IMG/VR virus record: IMGVR_UViG_3300013137_000018
Coordinates: 2,773 to 66,772 of that record
Length of the DNA stretch: 64,000 nt
Strand: one strand, 5' to 3'
From: a virus
Below the pieces are notes generated by a model. The model had not been told where the DNA came from. It did not search any database and was given only the letters and a program-made list of their open reading frames with translations. The position numbers were made by a program, and so were the translations under genes. This document shows positions 32,392 to 43,213 of this stretch, piece by piece (position 1 is the stretch's first letter; each line of letters starts with the position of its first letter).

Positions 32392-33441
32392 CTATATATT
32401 AAAATCTAAAATATCATCTTTTTCTAAAAGTTCATCAACTCTTTTCCATAAATAATTTTTTAATAGTACTTCGTGATTTCCTGTGATTTTAATAATATCA
32501 CCATTTTCCATTTCTAATTCATACATCTGTTGTCCTTGTGATAAATTTTTATACACATATTCAACTTCTGTAATTTCTTTGTTTTTGGTTTCTTCATTAA
32601 AAGATATTATTTTATCACCAATAATTAATTCTTTTATCATTTTTTTACTACCATCAAACATCGTTATTTTTGTTTCTGGATGTAAACACTCATCAACCAT
32701 AACAACATTAAATTGTTTAAAGAAATTAGGTTCTAACTCAGCTGTACCATAATTTATCAACGATTGATATGTACCTATATAAATATTTGGTTCTTTGCCA
32801 TCACGAACCTTTCTTGGTTTGTCTGACATAATCTCTTGTATGTTTATTTCTAAAGGATTTTTATTTTCTTTACCAAATCCTAAATTATAATCTATCATAT
32901 CATCATAGAATTGTGTTACAAGTGATATTGAAGGAACTATAAGTAAAATTTTTGTATCTGGTCTTCTTTTTAAAATATAGAAAACCATAATAGAAAATAT
33001 TAACGATTTACCACCAGATGTTGCGACCTCTACTGTTCCGTATCTGTGCTTTAACATTCTATATGCCGCATTAATTTGATGCGAATATGGTTTAAAATCT
33101 TCGCCTTTTAATTTATGGTCTTTAAAGAAATCATCACAAAAATTAGATACATCTTCTAATGTTATTTTATTGTCTCTTGGGAATTGTTCTTTATTAAGAA
33201 CAACAAATGGATAACCATATTCTTTACAGCAATTATAACATTCTTGCCATAAACCAAAATCAATTATACCCGTATCAGTCATATATTCAAATTTTCCATT
33301 CCATTTTGTTAATTTAAATCTTGGCATGAAACGATATCCTTTTACATAAGGTGACAACCAATTTTTCAAATTATTGAACTCCTCTCTTGTAGATTCTTTT
33401 AATATGAATTTACTACGATCTTTGCTAATTTCAAATTTCAA
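32392..33441 (-). CDS. uvsW: UvsW helicase N-terminal half ending in a split-intein N-fragment (98 aa, 32688-32395)
   Basis: GYRFMPRFK..WNG, PYSHQ, ATSGGKS, LLIVPSISLVTQ, GTYQSL, VMVDE|CLHPETKI...ITGNH (blocks A and B), then stop. Confidence 0.9.
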   Translation of the reverse strand: MKFEISKDRSKFILKESTREEFNNLKNWLSPYVKGYRFMPRFKLTKWNGKFEYMTDTGIIDFGLWQECYNCCKEYGYPFVVLNKEQFPRDNKITLEDVSNFCDDFFKDHKLKGEDFKPYSHQINAAYRMLKHRYGTVEVATSGGKSLIFSIMVFYILKRRPDTKILLIVPSISLVTQFYDDMIDYNLGFGKENKNPLEINIQEIMSDKPRKVRDGKEPNIYIGTYQSLINYGTAELEPNFFKQFNVVMVDECLHPETKITMFDGSKKMIKELIIGDKIISFNEETKNKEITEVEYVYKNLSQGQQMYELEMENGDIIKITGNHEVLLKNYLWKRVDELLEKDDILDFNI

Positions 33442-33513
33442 AGCCTTAAAATAACATTTTGAGTTTCCGTATCTAACTAAAGTAGCCTAAGAAACTATTT
33501 CTTCATAACAAGT

Positions 33514-33972
33514 TTAGTCTAAACCAGTTGCATTATATAAATCAATTTTATTTTTGACTGCATATAATATTTGGTCAACACTTTTTATTGATTCTGTTAA
33601 GAAATTTATATAATTTTGAATATATTCCATTTTTGCTTCATAATAAGCCATGTCAGCTTCAATGAGTTTTGTTTTTTCAGTACCATTTAGTTTAATGGGA
33701 TATTTAGTAGAATACCATTCAAAATGTTTTTTTCTCATTTGTTTTAATTTTGGCAAATCTTTATACATTTTGTATAACCAATTTGTTCTTTCATCTATTA
33801 GAAGTTGTCTTTGTGAAGTAGCTTCTGCTGACAAATCTATAGTTTTTTTAAGTTCACAAGTTATCTTTCTTGATAAGTTTTCTATTATTATATTCCAACT
33901 TTTTTGTTTTGTAATTAAATCAGTCTCCAACTTTTCTAATATTTTTTCAAAATCGATTTTTTCTTCACTCAT
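33514..33972 (-). CDS. uvsY: UvsY-like recombination mediator
   Basis: Helical 152-aa protein next to uvsW; WYSTKYPIKL..TEK..LIEAD and SIKSVDQILYAVKNKID resemble UvsY. Confidence 0.55.
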   Translation of the reverse strand: MSEEKIDFEKILEKLETDLITKQKSWNIIIENLSRKITCELKKTIDLSAEATSQRQLLIDERTNWLYKMYKDLPKLKQMRKKHFEWYSTKYPIKLNGTEKTKLIEADMAYYEAKMEYIQNYINFLTESIKSVDQILYAVKNKIDLYNATGLD

Positions 33973-34037
33973 TTAAATCGGATATTTTTTGTTTTATATT
34001 ATAAATTAACAAAATAGTTTTGTTATTTTATATTAAT

Positions 34038-34271
34038 ATGAAAATTCTCACTTGACAAAAATTCAACGAAAAATTACAAAATAAAAACCATGCAATTTTA
34101 TTAAAAACTGGTGAAAAGTTTTATTTTTCAGAAGAACAATTAGAAAAAATAAAAGATGAGGAATGTATGTTATTTTGGGTTGATGAAGATGGTGTCAACG
34201 GTGAATGGACACATGGTAAAATACCAGGTAATTTAATCTCAGAAATTGAGAAACAAATAGAAATCATTTAA
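34038..34271 (+). pseudogene. 77-codon ORF with an in-frame TGA at codon 6 (MKILT*QKFNE...)
   Basis: ATG at 34038, TGA at 34053, then open to TAA at 34271; leader resembles the capsid-targeting motif. Confidence 0.5.
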
Positions 34272-35032
34272 ATTTTCTTGAAATAAATATTAAAATAATA
34301 ATCAAACTTATAATCAGTTGAAGGTTTAGTTTGAAAATAATTAATCTTTAAATTAGCCAAAGGATCTATAAAATTTGATATTTCAACATTAGCACTAGTA
34401 TTTTTATTTGCTACCAATTCAATATCACTTCTGAATTGTGGGTCAAATTGCTTTAATGTAGAATTACTCCATATAGTATTGTTTTTAATATCAATATATT
34501 TAATATAAAAATCGATGTAATCAAATGCAAATCTGTCTAATAAATTCAAATCTATATAATTATAAATTGATGTGTTAATATCATTATTTATAAATTTATC
34601 ATATGTTATACACTTAAAAGTTCTTCTTTCTTTTATTTTTGCAAAAAGATAATTTCTTAAAATTTGTTTAATATCAACATCAATGAACCATTTTGTGTTA
34701 TATTTTTCATCTCTTGTTGTTTGAGTTGCTTTTCTGATAGTATGATTTTGATATTTTAAGTCAACAGAATCTAATATGAAAAATGTCTCATACATTGAAT
34801 TAAGATTGTAATATTGATAACCATTATTTTTCATTAATGTTTGACCAGTTGTGTCGTTTGGATCTGTTGATGTATAATAATATTGAAAATATTGAATACT
34901 TTTATCATCAACAATGACTTCATCTTCTAATTCCATTATCTTAGAACCAAAAAACGAATTCTCTTCCAATAAATTAAAAGTACCATTAACATTTTCTTTT
35001 ACAAACTTTTTAAGTATTAAAGTCTCTTTCAT
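34268..35032 (-). CDS. Hypothetical virion-associated protein
   Basis: Last gene of a tightly packed three-gene run. Confidence 0.7.
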   Translation of the reverse strand: MKETLILKKFVKENVNGTFNLLEENSFFGSKIMELEDEVIVDDKSIQYFQYYYTSTDPNDTTGQTLMKNNGYQYYNLNSMYETFFILDSVDLKYQNHTIRKATQTTRDEKYNTKWFIDVDIKQILRNYLFAKIKERRTFKCITYDKFINNDINTSIYNYIDLNLLDRFAFDYIDFYIKYIDIKNNTIWSNSTLKQFDPQFRSDIELVANKNTSANVEISNFIDPLANLKINYFQTKPSTDYKFDYYFNIYFKKI

Positions 35033-35033
35033 C

Positions 35034-38000
35034 TTAACTTATTTCATTTTTTGTTCTTGTATAATAATCTGAATCCCAAGAAGATTTGAATATAAATCTT
35101 TTATCATATGAATAGCCAAATTCGTCTATCATTGGATATATTGATCTGTCTTCTTCTGTGTTTTGTATTTTTAAAATGTTTTCGGTTTCATTAACTTTTG
35201 AATACATTAATTCACTAACTTCCCCAAATTCATATAATGAAGTATCAAATATAGTATTAGCTTCTGTGCTTGACACATATGTTAGACCAGTTTCAATACT
35301 ATTAATTGTATAATGAACTGTTATACAAACACAATCTATATATCCTATATTAACAAGAGTTCCTAATGATCGTTTATAAGAATTTATTTTTACACTTATT
35401 CCAAAGTTATTATCATTTAATTCTTGTGGCGTTAATGATAATCCCCACAAATCACTATCTCCACCATAAGAAACTGATGTTGAAGCTGTACTCCAGTATG
35501 CAAAATTATTACCAGTATTTGTCATTGTAGAATCTAATGGCAATATTGCATAATTTAATCCTGATGTACCATCTGGTTTAACCAAAACTATATGATTATC
35601 TGATATTGTACTATAAGTACTAAATGTCGAAGCACCAACACCAAGATTTGCTCTTTTTCTTATATTAACAGTTATACCATTTATTGTAGAATCTAATGGA
35701 ATATTAAAATTAAATGTATTTATTTCTAATGTATTTGATTCTGATTTAGTAGGATCAGGATCAGTCGGTGTCATTAAAATATCACAACTTGCATAGTTTC
35801 CATCACAAAGACCAAGAGCTTTATCTCTAAACATCCAAGTAAACCCATCACCGCCACCTAAAATTCCACTCGTTGAACCACTGAGAACATTTATCTGATT
35901 TTGAACATGATATGACAAACCAGAATAGAATAATTGTTGACTTAGTAGTTTATTGATAACATCGGTATCATCATCAATATATGCATCATTCAATTCTTCT
36001 GTTATTTCAGACATTCTTATGGTATAATAGTCTAATGTGGCGTACAATTTATTTATTTCTATTGCTGTGTTATATTGTGATATTTCATACAATCCTAAAT
36101 TGTTTATTTCAGCTAAAAATCCGCCACATTTATTTTGTGTAAAATATCCACCAGTTATAATATTATAAGATATTGGTGAAAATAGTTCTATGTTTTTGAA
36201 TATTGGTTCATAAGGACCATTATATCTATAAATAGTATTTTCATACTCTGGTGTTGATTTAAATTCTGGTATAGGTTTTTTCTCAGCTTCATTCAATTCT
36301 ATAACCCTTGATAATGGTTCTTTTATAAAAGATTTATCATAAATTACTTCTGTAAAATCTGTTTTATACTTATCATAAACATTAAATTTAGGTCCTTTTA
36401 TCGCAGCAGCATTGTAAGAATTTTTCTTTGTTGTTAATGAATCTGGTGTCTCACATTCTATTTTTATAGGTGGAAAATCTTTTCCCCAAGTTGAAATATC
36501 ACGTAAAGGATAAACATTACTTTGAACACCAGGATTTATTTCACAAAAACCAAATTCTGCATCCTCATTAATATAATAGAAAGATACATAATAATCAAAT
36601 GTTCCTTTATCATTCAGATTGTTCAATGATACTATAAAATTATAAGCAACAAGTAAATTATTATCATAATCAGAAAAGGCTGTTGTTCCAGATTTGGTCG
36701 TATTCATATATAAACCTTCTCTTTGATCAAAGTGTGATATGTTATTTAATGTCAATATTTCATTATTTGTTGGTTGTTTAAAATTAACATTTACTATAAT
36801 TAAAATATTTTTATATTTATCATTAACAAAAATATGAATACCATTATCATCACCTAAAATATTGTTTGATGAATATACTTTATCCAAAGGTAACAAATCT
36901 TCATAATCTGATAATAGTTTATTTGTGTAACCTGTATATTTTTCATTCAATATGATAGAAAATTTATATCCATTATAGTTTGTAGAATTATCTACAATAA
37001 ACTGATTAATATAACCCGTAGTTTTATCTCTTATTACATTTGAAACTTTAAATATGTTATATTTAATACCTTTAAATAATGTTGATGATTGAATGTGTGA
37101 ATCACCATTATTGATAATAGAATAATGTGCGGTTTGAACATATTCTTCATTCGAATTTATATATCGAATATTTCTGAAAAAGTAATCAAAGTAATCAAAT
37201 TCACTTTCTATATATTTGTCTAAATCAAAATAATTTGTTTCCAAAGAAGATGTTTGTATAGAAACAGATTGATTATCATAATACTCTATATTACAAGATA
37301 TTTGATTATTCGATTCTTCTGTTGAATAAAAATCACCTATTTTATAAAAATAATCATGCGTTTTTGTTAGAACATTTGATTGTCTAGTAATAACATCGGT
37401 AGTTCTATTAAAAACAGAACCAACTTTATTACTATTGTTAAGTTTGTATGGATAATCTGAATGAGATAAAGAATTGACATATGCCCACTTGCAAACATTT
37501 TGATTTTTTCTCCAAATATTTGTAAGACCATTTTTTGTTAATTCATATAGTTCATCAGTTGCAACATATTCTGAAGACACATTCATTATTTTGTCAGAAA
37601 GAATGTTATCTTTATCGTATGTTTTAAAAACCGTGGATTCTGATGCATCACGATGTTCAACCGCATATAATTTATGCTCCGTAGTATCTATATATTGGTC
37701 TTTTCTATGGAAGTCAAAATTAGCAAAACCAGAATCAATTCTATTAAAATCAAAATCTTTTATTTCTCTGAATTTTACTCTATAAACTGGAAATGTTATT
37801 GGTTCTTTTTCGTTTATTGTATCTTCTACTTGAACTGTTTTTGAATATGTCGAATCAGTTTGATTTACTAACCAATATTGTAATGTGTTATCATCACACT
37901 CTATTGCATAATCTGTTCTTATATAATGTTCTAATAAACCATCATATTCATTTAATTCACACTCTAAGACATGATATTTACCATCTATCTTTATCAAATA

Positions 38001-39278
38001 CAAATCTGCATATAAATCTGTAATACCATCAGTTTGAATTAAACTATCAATATAATTTGTCATTACAGTTCTAGACCTCAAATAATTATAATAATTTTTA
38101 TTACCTAAGTCTTCGAAGAATATATCAATTTCATTATCTCTTGTTATATCAGATATTAATATATTTTGGTCTGATATTATTTTATAATGCCATTCACGGT
38201 TTTCATAAATTTTAATAACTTTATAAAGATTATCAATAGCGTAAACATAATAATTCTTTTTATCATCCCACGAATCAATATCAAAAGGCATTGTGCTTCC
38301 ACTTATCTGATCTTCATCCATGAAAATATTATTTTCAATCTTTAAACCACTTTTGAGTTTTGTTGCTCTATAAGGAGTTAAAGTTTTAACTAATTGTAAA
38401 TCAGCATAAAATCCATAATATCTGTTAATTGAATATTTTTTAAGTTCAAATGGACTTGCTGGTGTATCATCGAATAAAAATTTGAAATTAGCAATATTTG
38501 GGAATATCAATTCGTTATTTTTATATCCTTCGGTGATAAATTCTTCCAATTTAAAATGCGGATTTTCATATTTTAATTTATCATCAAGATACATACTTTT
38601 ACTTGTATAAACACCTGTAAAGTAATCTATTCCATACCATCTTGTTAGATTATATTTTTTAGTATCTAGTTCTAATGGTGCTTTTGGAAATCTTGGATTT
38701 GATATGTAATTTTGATCTAACCAATAACCAAAATCACTTGTTAAAGTCATATCAAATAATGTAACACATTTCCATTTATTAATAATTTCATCTCTAAAAT
38801 TATCTTTACTTGTGTTTGATAATTTATGATCTTCTTCTGACAAAGTGTATGTTGACGGCTCATCTACTCTCAAAATAACAAAACATTCTGGTAATTCATT
38901 TTTTGTTACATATAATGGTGCAAAATATTCATATTCTTCTTTATAAAATTCATTCTCTTTTACCTTCATTGCACCAGCCCAATAAGTAGTATCATATTGA
39001 TTTTCATATGAATTATAGACTATATCATCATCTGAATCAAATTTAACATTAAAGGCTATGTTTATTGGCAAAGACTTATAAAATTCTGCAACCTTATCTT
39101 CTAGATAGGTATATTTTGTCATTGAAAAATGTTTATACTTATCATCAGCTAAGAACTTATGAGAATTTATACTTTCTAAATATAATTTATACTCTGAATC
39201 AACAACTATTTGAAAGTTTGTCGTTAAAGAAGGGTTTGTCCTTATTAATTGAAAACTATTATTTACAATATAATTCAT
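35034..39278 (-). CDS. Large structural (baseplate/tail-associated?) protein
   Basis: 1414 aa; C-terminal GITVNI..YGGDSDLWGLSLTPQELNDNNFG beta-sandwich domain of the kind seen in virion proteins. Confidence 0.65.
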   Translation of the reverse strand: MNYIVNNSFQLIRTNPSLTTNFQIVVDSEYKLYLESINSHKFLADDKYKHFSMTKYTYLEDKVAEFYKSLPINIAFNVKFDSDDDIVYNSYENQYDTTYWAGAMKVKENEFYKEEYEYFAPLYVTKNELPECFVILRVDEPSTYTLSEEDHKLSNTSKDNFRDEIINKWKCVTLFDMTLTSDFGYWLDQNYISNPRFPKAPLELDTKKYNLTRWYGIDYFTGVYTSKSMYLDDKLKYENPHFKLEEFITEGYKNNELIFPNIANFKFLFDDTPASPFELKKYSINRYYGFYADLQLVKTLTPYRATKLKSGLKIENNIFMDEDQISGSTMPFDIDSWDDKKNYYVYAIDNLYKVIKIYENREWHYKIISDQNILISDITRDNEIDIFFEDLGNKNYYNYLRSRTVMTNYIDSLIQTDGITDLYADLYLIKIDGKYHVLECELNEYDGLLEHYIRTDYAIECDDNTLQYWLVNQTDSTYSKTVQVEDTINEKEPITFPVYRVKFREIKDFDFNRIDSGFANFDFHRKDQYIDTTEHKLYAVEHRDASESTVFKTYDKDNILSDKIMNVSSEYVATDELYELTKNGLTNIWRKNQNVCKWAYVNSLSHSDYPYKLNNSNKVGSVFNRTTDVITRQSNVLTKTHDYFYKIGDFYSTEESNNQISCNIEYYDNQSVSIQTSSLETNYFDLDKYIESEFDYFDYFFRNIRYINSNEEYVQTAHYSIINNGDSHIQSSTLFKGIKYNIFKVSNVIRDKTTGYINQFIVDNSTNYNGYKFSIILNEKYTGYTNKLLSDYEDLLPLDKVYSSNNILGDDNGIHIFVNDKYKNILIIVNVNFKQPTNNEILTLNNISHFDQREGLYMNTTKSGTTAFSDYDNNLLVAYNFIVSLNNLNDKGTFDYYVSFYYINEDAEFGFCEINPGVQSNVYPLRDISTWGKDFPPIKIECETPDSLTTKKNSYNAAAIKGPKFNVYDKYKTDFTEVIYDKSFIKEPLSRVIELNEAEKKPIPEFKSTPEYENTIYRYNGPYEPIFKNIELFSPISYNIITGGYFTQNKCGGFLAEINNLGLYEISQYNTAIEINKLYATLDYYTIRMSEITEELNDAYIDDDTDVINKLLSQQLFYSGLSYHVQNQINVLSGSTSGILGGGDGFTWMFRDKALGLCDGNYASCDILMTPTDPDPTKSESNTLEINTFNFNIPLDSTINGITVNIRKRANLGVGASTFSTYSTISDNHIVLVKPDGTSGLNYAILPLDSTMTNTGNNFAYWSTASTSVSYGGDSDLWGLSLTPQELNDNNFGISVKINSYKRSLGTLVNIGYIDCVCITVHYTINSIETGLTYVSSTEANTIFDTSLYEFGEVSELMYSKVNETENILKIQNTEEDRSIYPMIDEFGYSYDKRFIFKSSWDSDYYTRTKNEIS

Positions 39279-39279
39279 C

Positions 39280-42200
39280 TTATTGTGTATTTGTATTTAT
39301 TGTCTGTGAATATTGTTGTGATGGTATAGCAAACTGTCTATGTCTAATCAATTTGAATATAATTGTAAATTCAAATGGTCTTGACCTTGATTCTTCTTCA
39401 ATATGAAACTTAATAGTTTTCTTTAATATTGCAGGAGTTTCAGATGCTAAAGCTATCCAAGTATTACCAGTATACATATCTGGTTTAAAATATATTTGTA
39501 ATGGTAATTTTTCTGTGTCTTGTGGTGATATTATATGAATTCCTTGATTATTTTTATCTACAAGCGTATTTGATTGATTACTATTTGTATATTCAACATA
39601 TGGGTGAATTGTAGCACCAAATTTATTTGTAGTGTTAGACCCTAGGGAATCCCAAATATTGTAATTAGCGTCTATACTTAACAATGCAGAAGTTAATAAA
39701 CCACTAATATTTTTATGGTCTGTAGCAAGTGAATTATTAAATGTAGTTCTACCAGAACCATCATATAAAGTTGTTTGACTTCCATCTATTGTCGCTGTGT
39801 TATAAATCCAAACATATTGATTAGCTCTTTGAGTATATAATTTACCATCACTACTAATAAATGATGCACAACTCATTCCAACATTTGTTATTTCTCCAGT
39901 CATACTATCTGCTGTGCTTAACAAACCTAAATCATTTTCTTTTGAAATATTTTCCATTTGTAAGTAGTAATCTTGAATCATATATACATTGTTTTGGAAA
40001 GATTTTGTAGAATAACCACCAACACCACCGATATTACCTGTGGTAGAAATCATGTAATCTTCGCAATTAACTACAATATTAACAACAGAACCATTTATAA
40101 TTTCTGTTTCTTCTGTTCCTTTGAATAAAGTAACTTTAATTTCACCCTTAGCTCTCTTAATAGCTTCTTCTAGTGATGTTATTTTATCATTCATTTGTTT
40201 AAGATAATCAAATAACGACATAGTATTACCGAATGTGTCTTTAAAAGATGTTGCAATATTTTTATCATTATGTGCAAAATATTGTTCATTTACATAAAAT
40301 GAATCACCAACATGCTTCAATACACCTTTTGAAGAAAGTTCGTTTTCAAAAGATACTCTCATTTCTTCTCTTGTTGCATCTTGTAAAATGAAAGCATTTT
40401 CACCCAAAACTTCATTTAAATTATCTGGGAATTCTACTGTTAAAATATCACTCCAATCAGAGTATAAAGGTGAATCAGGATAACCAACTTCAGAAATACT
40501 TCTTATTCTTACATCAATCTTTTCATTTCTTTGAATTGATAAATCTAATTGATTAATATTTGGAGTATCTGCATTAGATACATCTTCAATATCCCAATAC
40601 CATTTACCAGTAGTGTTATCATAACTTCTTTTTCTAATATCAGTTTTAATGGAAGACCATTGTGAAAAGTAAGCAGTTTTTATTGTAAATTGTTGATTAT
40701 TACTTGTTAATGAAGTAAAATTTGTAACATTTTTCTTCATTTCAAAACCATCAGTTGTGTTATCTGTTCCTAATTTTGAACCATAACGATATTGAATTTC
40801 AAATCCAATAACTTCTTGTGGTCTATAACCAGATTTAATTATAGGATCTGGTAAATCCCAGAAACCTCTAACTCTGAATTTTGGATCTGCGGTTGCTTCT
40901 ACTCTACTATTTGTAATTTGACTTACATAAGATGAATATAACTTAGTTGCACTTTCTTGTTGTTGAACTAATTTATTTAATTCATTTTGAGACCTTGATT
41001 TTTCAGCAACAGATTTAAAAATTTTTGTATTTAATTCTACATTCTTTTGTGTGATAGCATCATCTATCTCTGATAATTTTGATTTTGTTGAATTTTTCTG
41101 AGCATGTAACTTCTTCAAAGTTTTATAATCCTTTGTATCTGTTAAGTGTTTGTTTATTTGAACAACTTTAAAATTATCAGAAACCAAAACTGGTTTATTT
41201 GGTTTATCACCATATTGTGATGGAATTTTCTTTGCAACCATATCTTTAAGGATTGCACCATAATCATATACATAATTCAAATAAAAATCTGGCATTCCTA
41301 CATTATTATCTGTGTCTAAAACCAAATCATTACTATAAAAAGCCATACCTCTTGACCAACTAGCACAAATAACATTATTGTCTGTATTCACTGGTTTTAA
41401 GAATATTGCATTATATTCATCAAATCCGATGGTTATTTTTACTTTAGTATCACTTTCTAAATTAGAATAGTACTCTAAAACACCAACTCCAATAGGAATT
41501 GGGTCATAACCTTGTACTCTTTCAACAGTTACTCTAAACAACGATGAAGCAGTACTAATTTCTAATATTTTATAAAGTGTATATGAATTTTTAACTGTAA
41601 CAGACAATAAATCACCAACCGCCAAAGTTCTTGTATTTGCATTTCTATCATAATATATTAATGTATTTAAATGATACCAAATTTTATTATTTAGTGCATC
41701 ATTCTCCATCTTAAGCACATTAAAATAACCTTTATAGTTGACAAGTTTATAATTTAAATCAAAATATTCTTCATCTTTATATAAATTTTCATCTTCTTTA
41801 TTAAGTATACCAACGTTTGTAGGGTTATTTAACCAAGTTTGAAATTGTTCAATAGTAAAATCATTTCTATTTAAGAAAGTTTGCTCAAATGATGTCAATG
41901 AATTCTGTCCATTTGTTGTTAATGTACCATCTTCATTTTTTTCAAATTTTAAAATATATCTTCTTGACAAAACTTTAGTAACACTATCTTCTATCTTACC
42001 TGTTAAATCTAACTGTATATTAAGAGTTGGATTAATCAATCCTTCAAAAAACCAGTTATTGCTTTGTGAAAAATCTGTAACAAGATTTAAATTAGAAATT
42101 TGATTTGGTTCTCTACTTAAATCAACTGATTTTATTTTACGACTTGTATTATCATCAAGTATAATAACAGAATTATCACCTTCCAAACCTGTTAATTTTT

Positions 42201-42417
42201 TTATATTAGAATTGGCGGTGTCAATTTGTTTTTGTAACCAACCTACAGTTGGTAATTGAAATTTTGAAATTCTACCATCTTCTTCTTGATAGTTTACAAT
42301 AACACTACTTTTATTTGAACCAACAACATCATTAAGTTTTGTTAAAACTTCAACATTGTTTTTATTTAACTGAGCAATCTTTTCCAGTAAAGAAATGAAA
42401 CTATTTTTTTGTGCCAT
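39280..42417 (-). CDS. Large structural protein with a coiled coil and an Fn3-like domain
   Basis: 1045 aa; FRVRGFW..P, FEIQYRY, IDVRIRSISEVG.P....SDWS Fn3 signature. Confidence 0.7.
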   Translation of the reverse strand: MAQKNSFISLLEKIAQLNKNNVEVLTKLNDVVGSNKSSVIVNYQEEDGRISKFQLPTVGWLQKQIDTANSNIKKLTGLEGDNSVIILDDNTSRKIKSVDLSREPNQISNLNLVTDFSQSNNWFFEGLINPTLNIQLDLTGKIEDSVTKVLSRRYILKFEKNEDGTLTTNGQNSLTSFEQTFLNRNDFTIEQFQTWLNNPTNVGILNKEDENLYKDEEYFDLNYKLVNYKGYFNVLKMENDALNNKIWYHLNTLIYYDRNANTRTLAVGDLLSVTVKNSYTLYKILEISTASSLFRVTVERVQGYDPIPIGVGVLEYYSNLESDTKVKITIGFDEYNAIFLKPVNTDNNVICASWSRGMAFYSNDLVLDTDNNVGMPDFYLNYVYDYGAILKDMVAKKIPSQYGDKPNKPVLVSDNFKVVQINKHLTDTKDYKTLKKLHAQKNSTKSKLSEIDDAITQKNVELNTKIFKSVAEKSRSQNELNKLVQQQESATKLYSSYVSQITNSRVEATADPKFRVRGFWDLPDPIIKSGYRPQEVIGFEIQYRYGSKLGTDNTTDGFEMKKNVTNFTSLTSNNQQFTIKTAYFSQWSSIKTDIRKRSYDNTTGKWYWDIEDVSNADTPNINQLDLSIQRNEKIDVRIRSISEVGYPDSPLYSDWSDILTVEFPDNLNEVLGENAFILQDATREEMRVSFENELSSKGVLKHVGDSFYVNEQYFAHNDKNIATSFKDTFGNTMSLFDYLKQMNDKITSLEEAIKRAKGEIKVTLFKGTEETEIINGSVVNIVVNCEDYMISTTGNIGGVGGYSTKSFQNNVYMIQDYYLQMENISKENDLGLLSTADSMTGEITNVGMSCASFISSDGKLYTQRANQYVWIYNTATIDGSQTTLYDGSGRTTFNNSLATDHKNISGLLTSALLSIDANYNIWDSLGSNTTNKFGATIHPYVEYTNSNQSNTLVDKNNQGIHIISPQDTEKLPLQIYFKPDMYTGNTWIALASETPAILKKTIKFHIEEESRSRPFEFTIIFKLIRHRQFAIPSQQYSQTINTNTQ

Positions 42418-42534
42418 AAAGATAAAAATATATTTTATCCTATATATAAAATATAGACATCTAAAAGGATAAAATTAATATATGTTAATAGGGTATCATG
42501 ATCTTGCACCTTTTTTGTAACAAATTAATGGTCA

Positions 42535-43212
42535 CTATTGTATTTGTGACTTTAATTTTATATAAAAGTGTGCATATTTGTCTGTTAATCTGACATAATA
42601 ATAGCATTTATCTGACCATGAGAAATTTCTTGACCATTGAGTTGTGAATATTCTTAATTTTTCTTCATCTCTATCTTCTTGTTTAAATATATCAATAGAA
42701 TATGTTGATTTTACTCTGTATTCATCAAGTATTTCAACATCTTTTTCTTTATTATCAAATATTGTATGAAAATCTACCTTTATTATTTGCAATTGTTTTA
42801 AGTTCTTTAAATTACTATTTTCTATTACTGAACGGATAGTTTTCATACATTTCTTTTTGTATAGTAATTTTCTAAAATCATTATTTGTTGTTCTAAATTT
42901 TCCAACTTTATAAACATATCTATTTGTTTCATTATAAAATCCATAAAAAACTGTATAATCTTTAACACCAAAGAAAAATGATAATCTCATATTCTTTAAT
43001 GAACCCAAAGTCATGTAAGCAATTTTCAAAGAATTCTTTCTTCTAAGAACATCTATAATTTCTTGATTCTTTGTCAATCTTTCAGTAGTGAAAAAATAAC
43101 TATAATTGCCTGTATTATAATAATCTTGCTTTATAAATAATAACTCAAAATCATCAATAACATCAAGGAAAATGTCAAATGCATGTTTGCCAGATAGTTC
43201 TGTGTTTTCCAT
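42535..43212 (-). CDS. Hypothetical protein
   Basis: 225-aa ORF. Confidence 0.7.
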   Translation of the reverse strand: MENTELSGKHAFDIFLDVIDDFELLFIKQDYYNTGNYSYFFTTERLTKNQEIIDVLRRKNSLKIAYMTLGSLKNMRLSFFFGVKDYTVFYGFYNETNRYVYKVGKFRTTNNDFRKLLYKKKCMKTIRSVIENSNLKNLKQLQIIKVDFHTIFDNKEKDVEILDEYRVKSTYSIDIFKQEDRDEEKLRIFTTQWSRNFSWSDKCYYYVRLTDKYAHFYIKLKSQIQ

Positions 43213-43213
43213 A

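Noticed and set aside
33442-33513. tRNA or structured ncRNA in intergenic gaps (also 3121-3199 and 42420-42534)
   Set aside because: No cloverleaf, T-loop or convincing stable structure visible by eye
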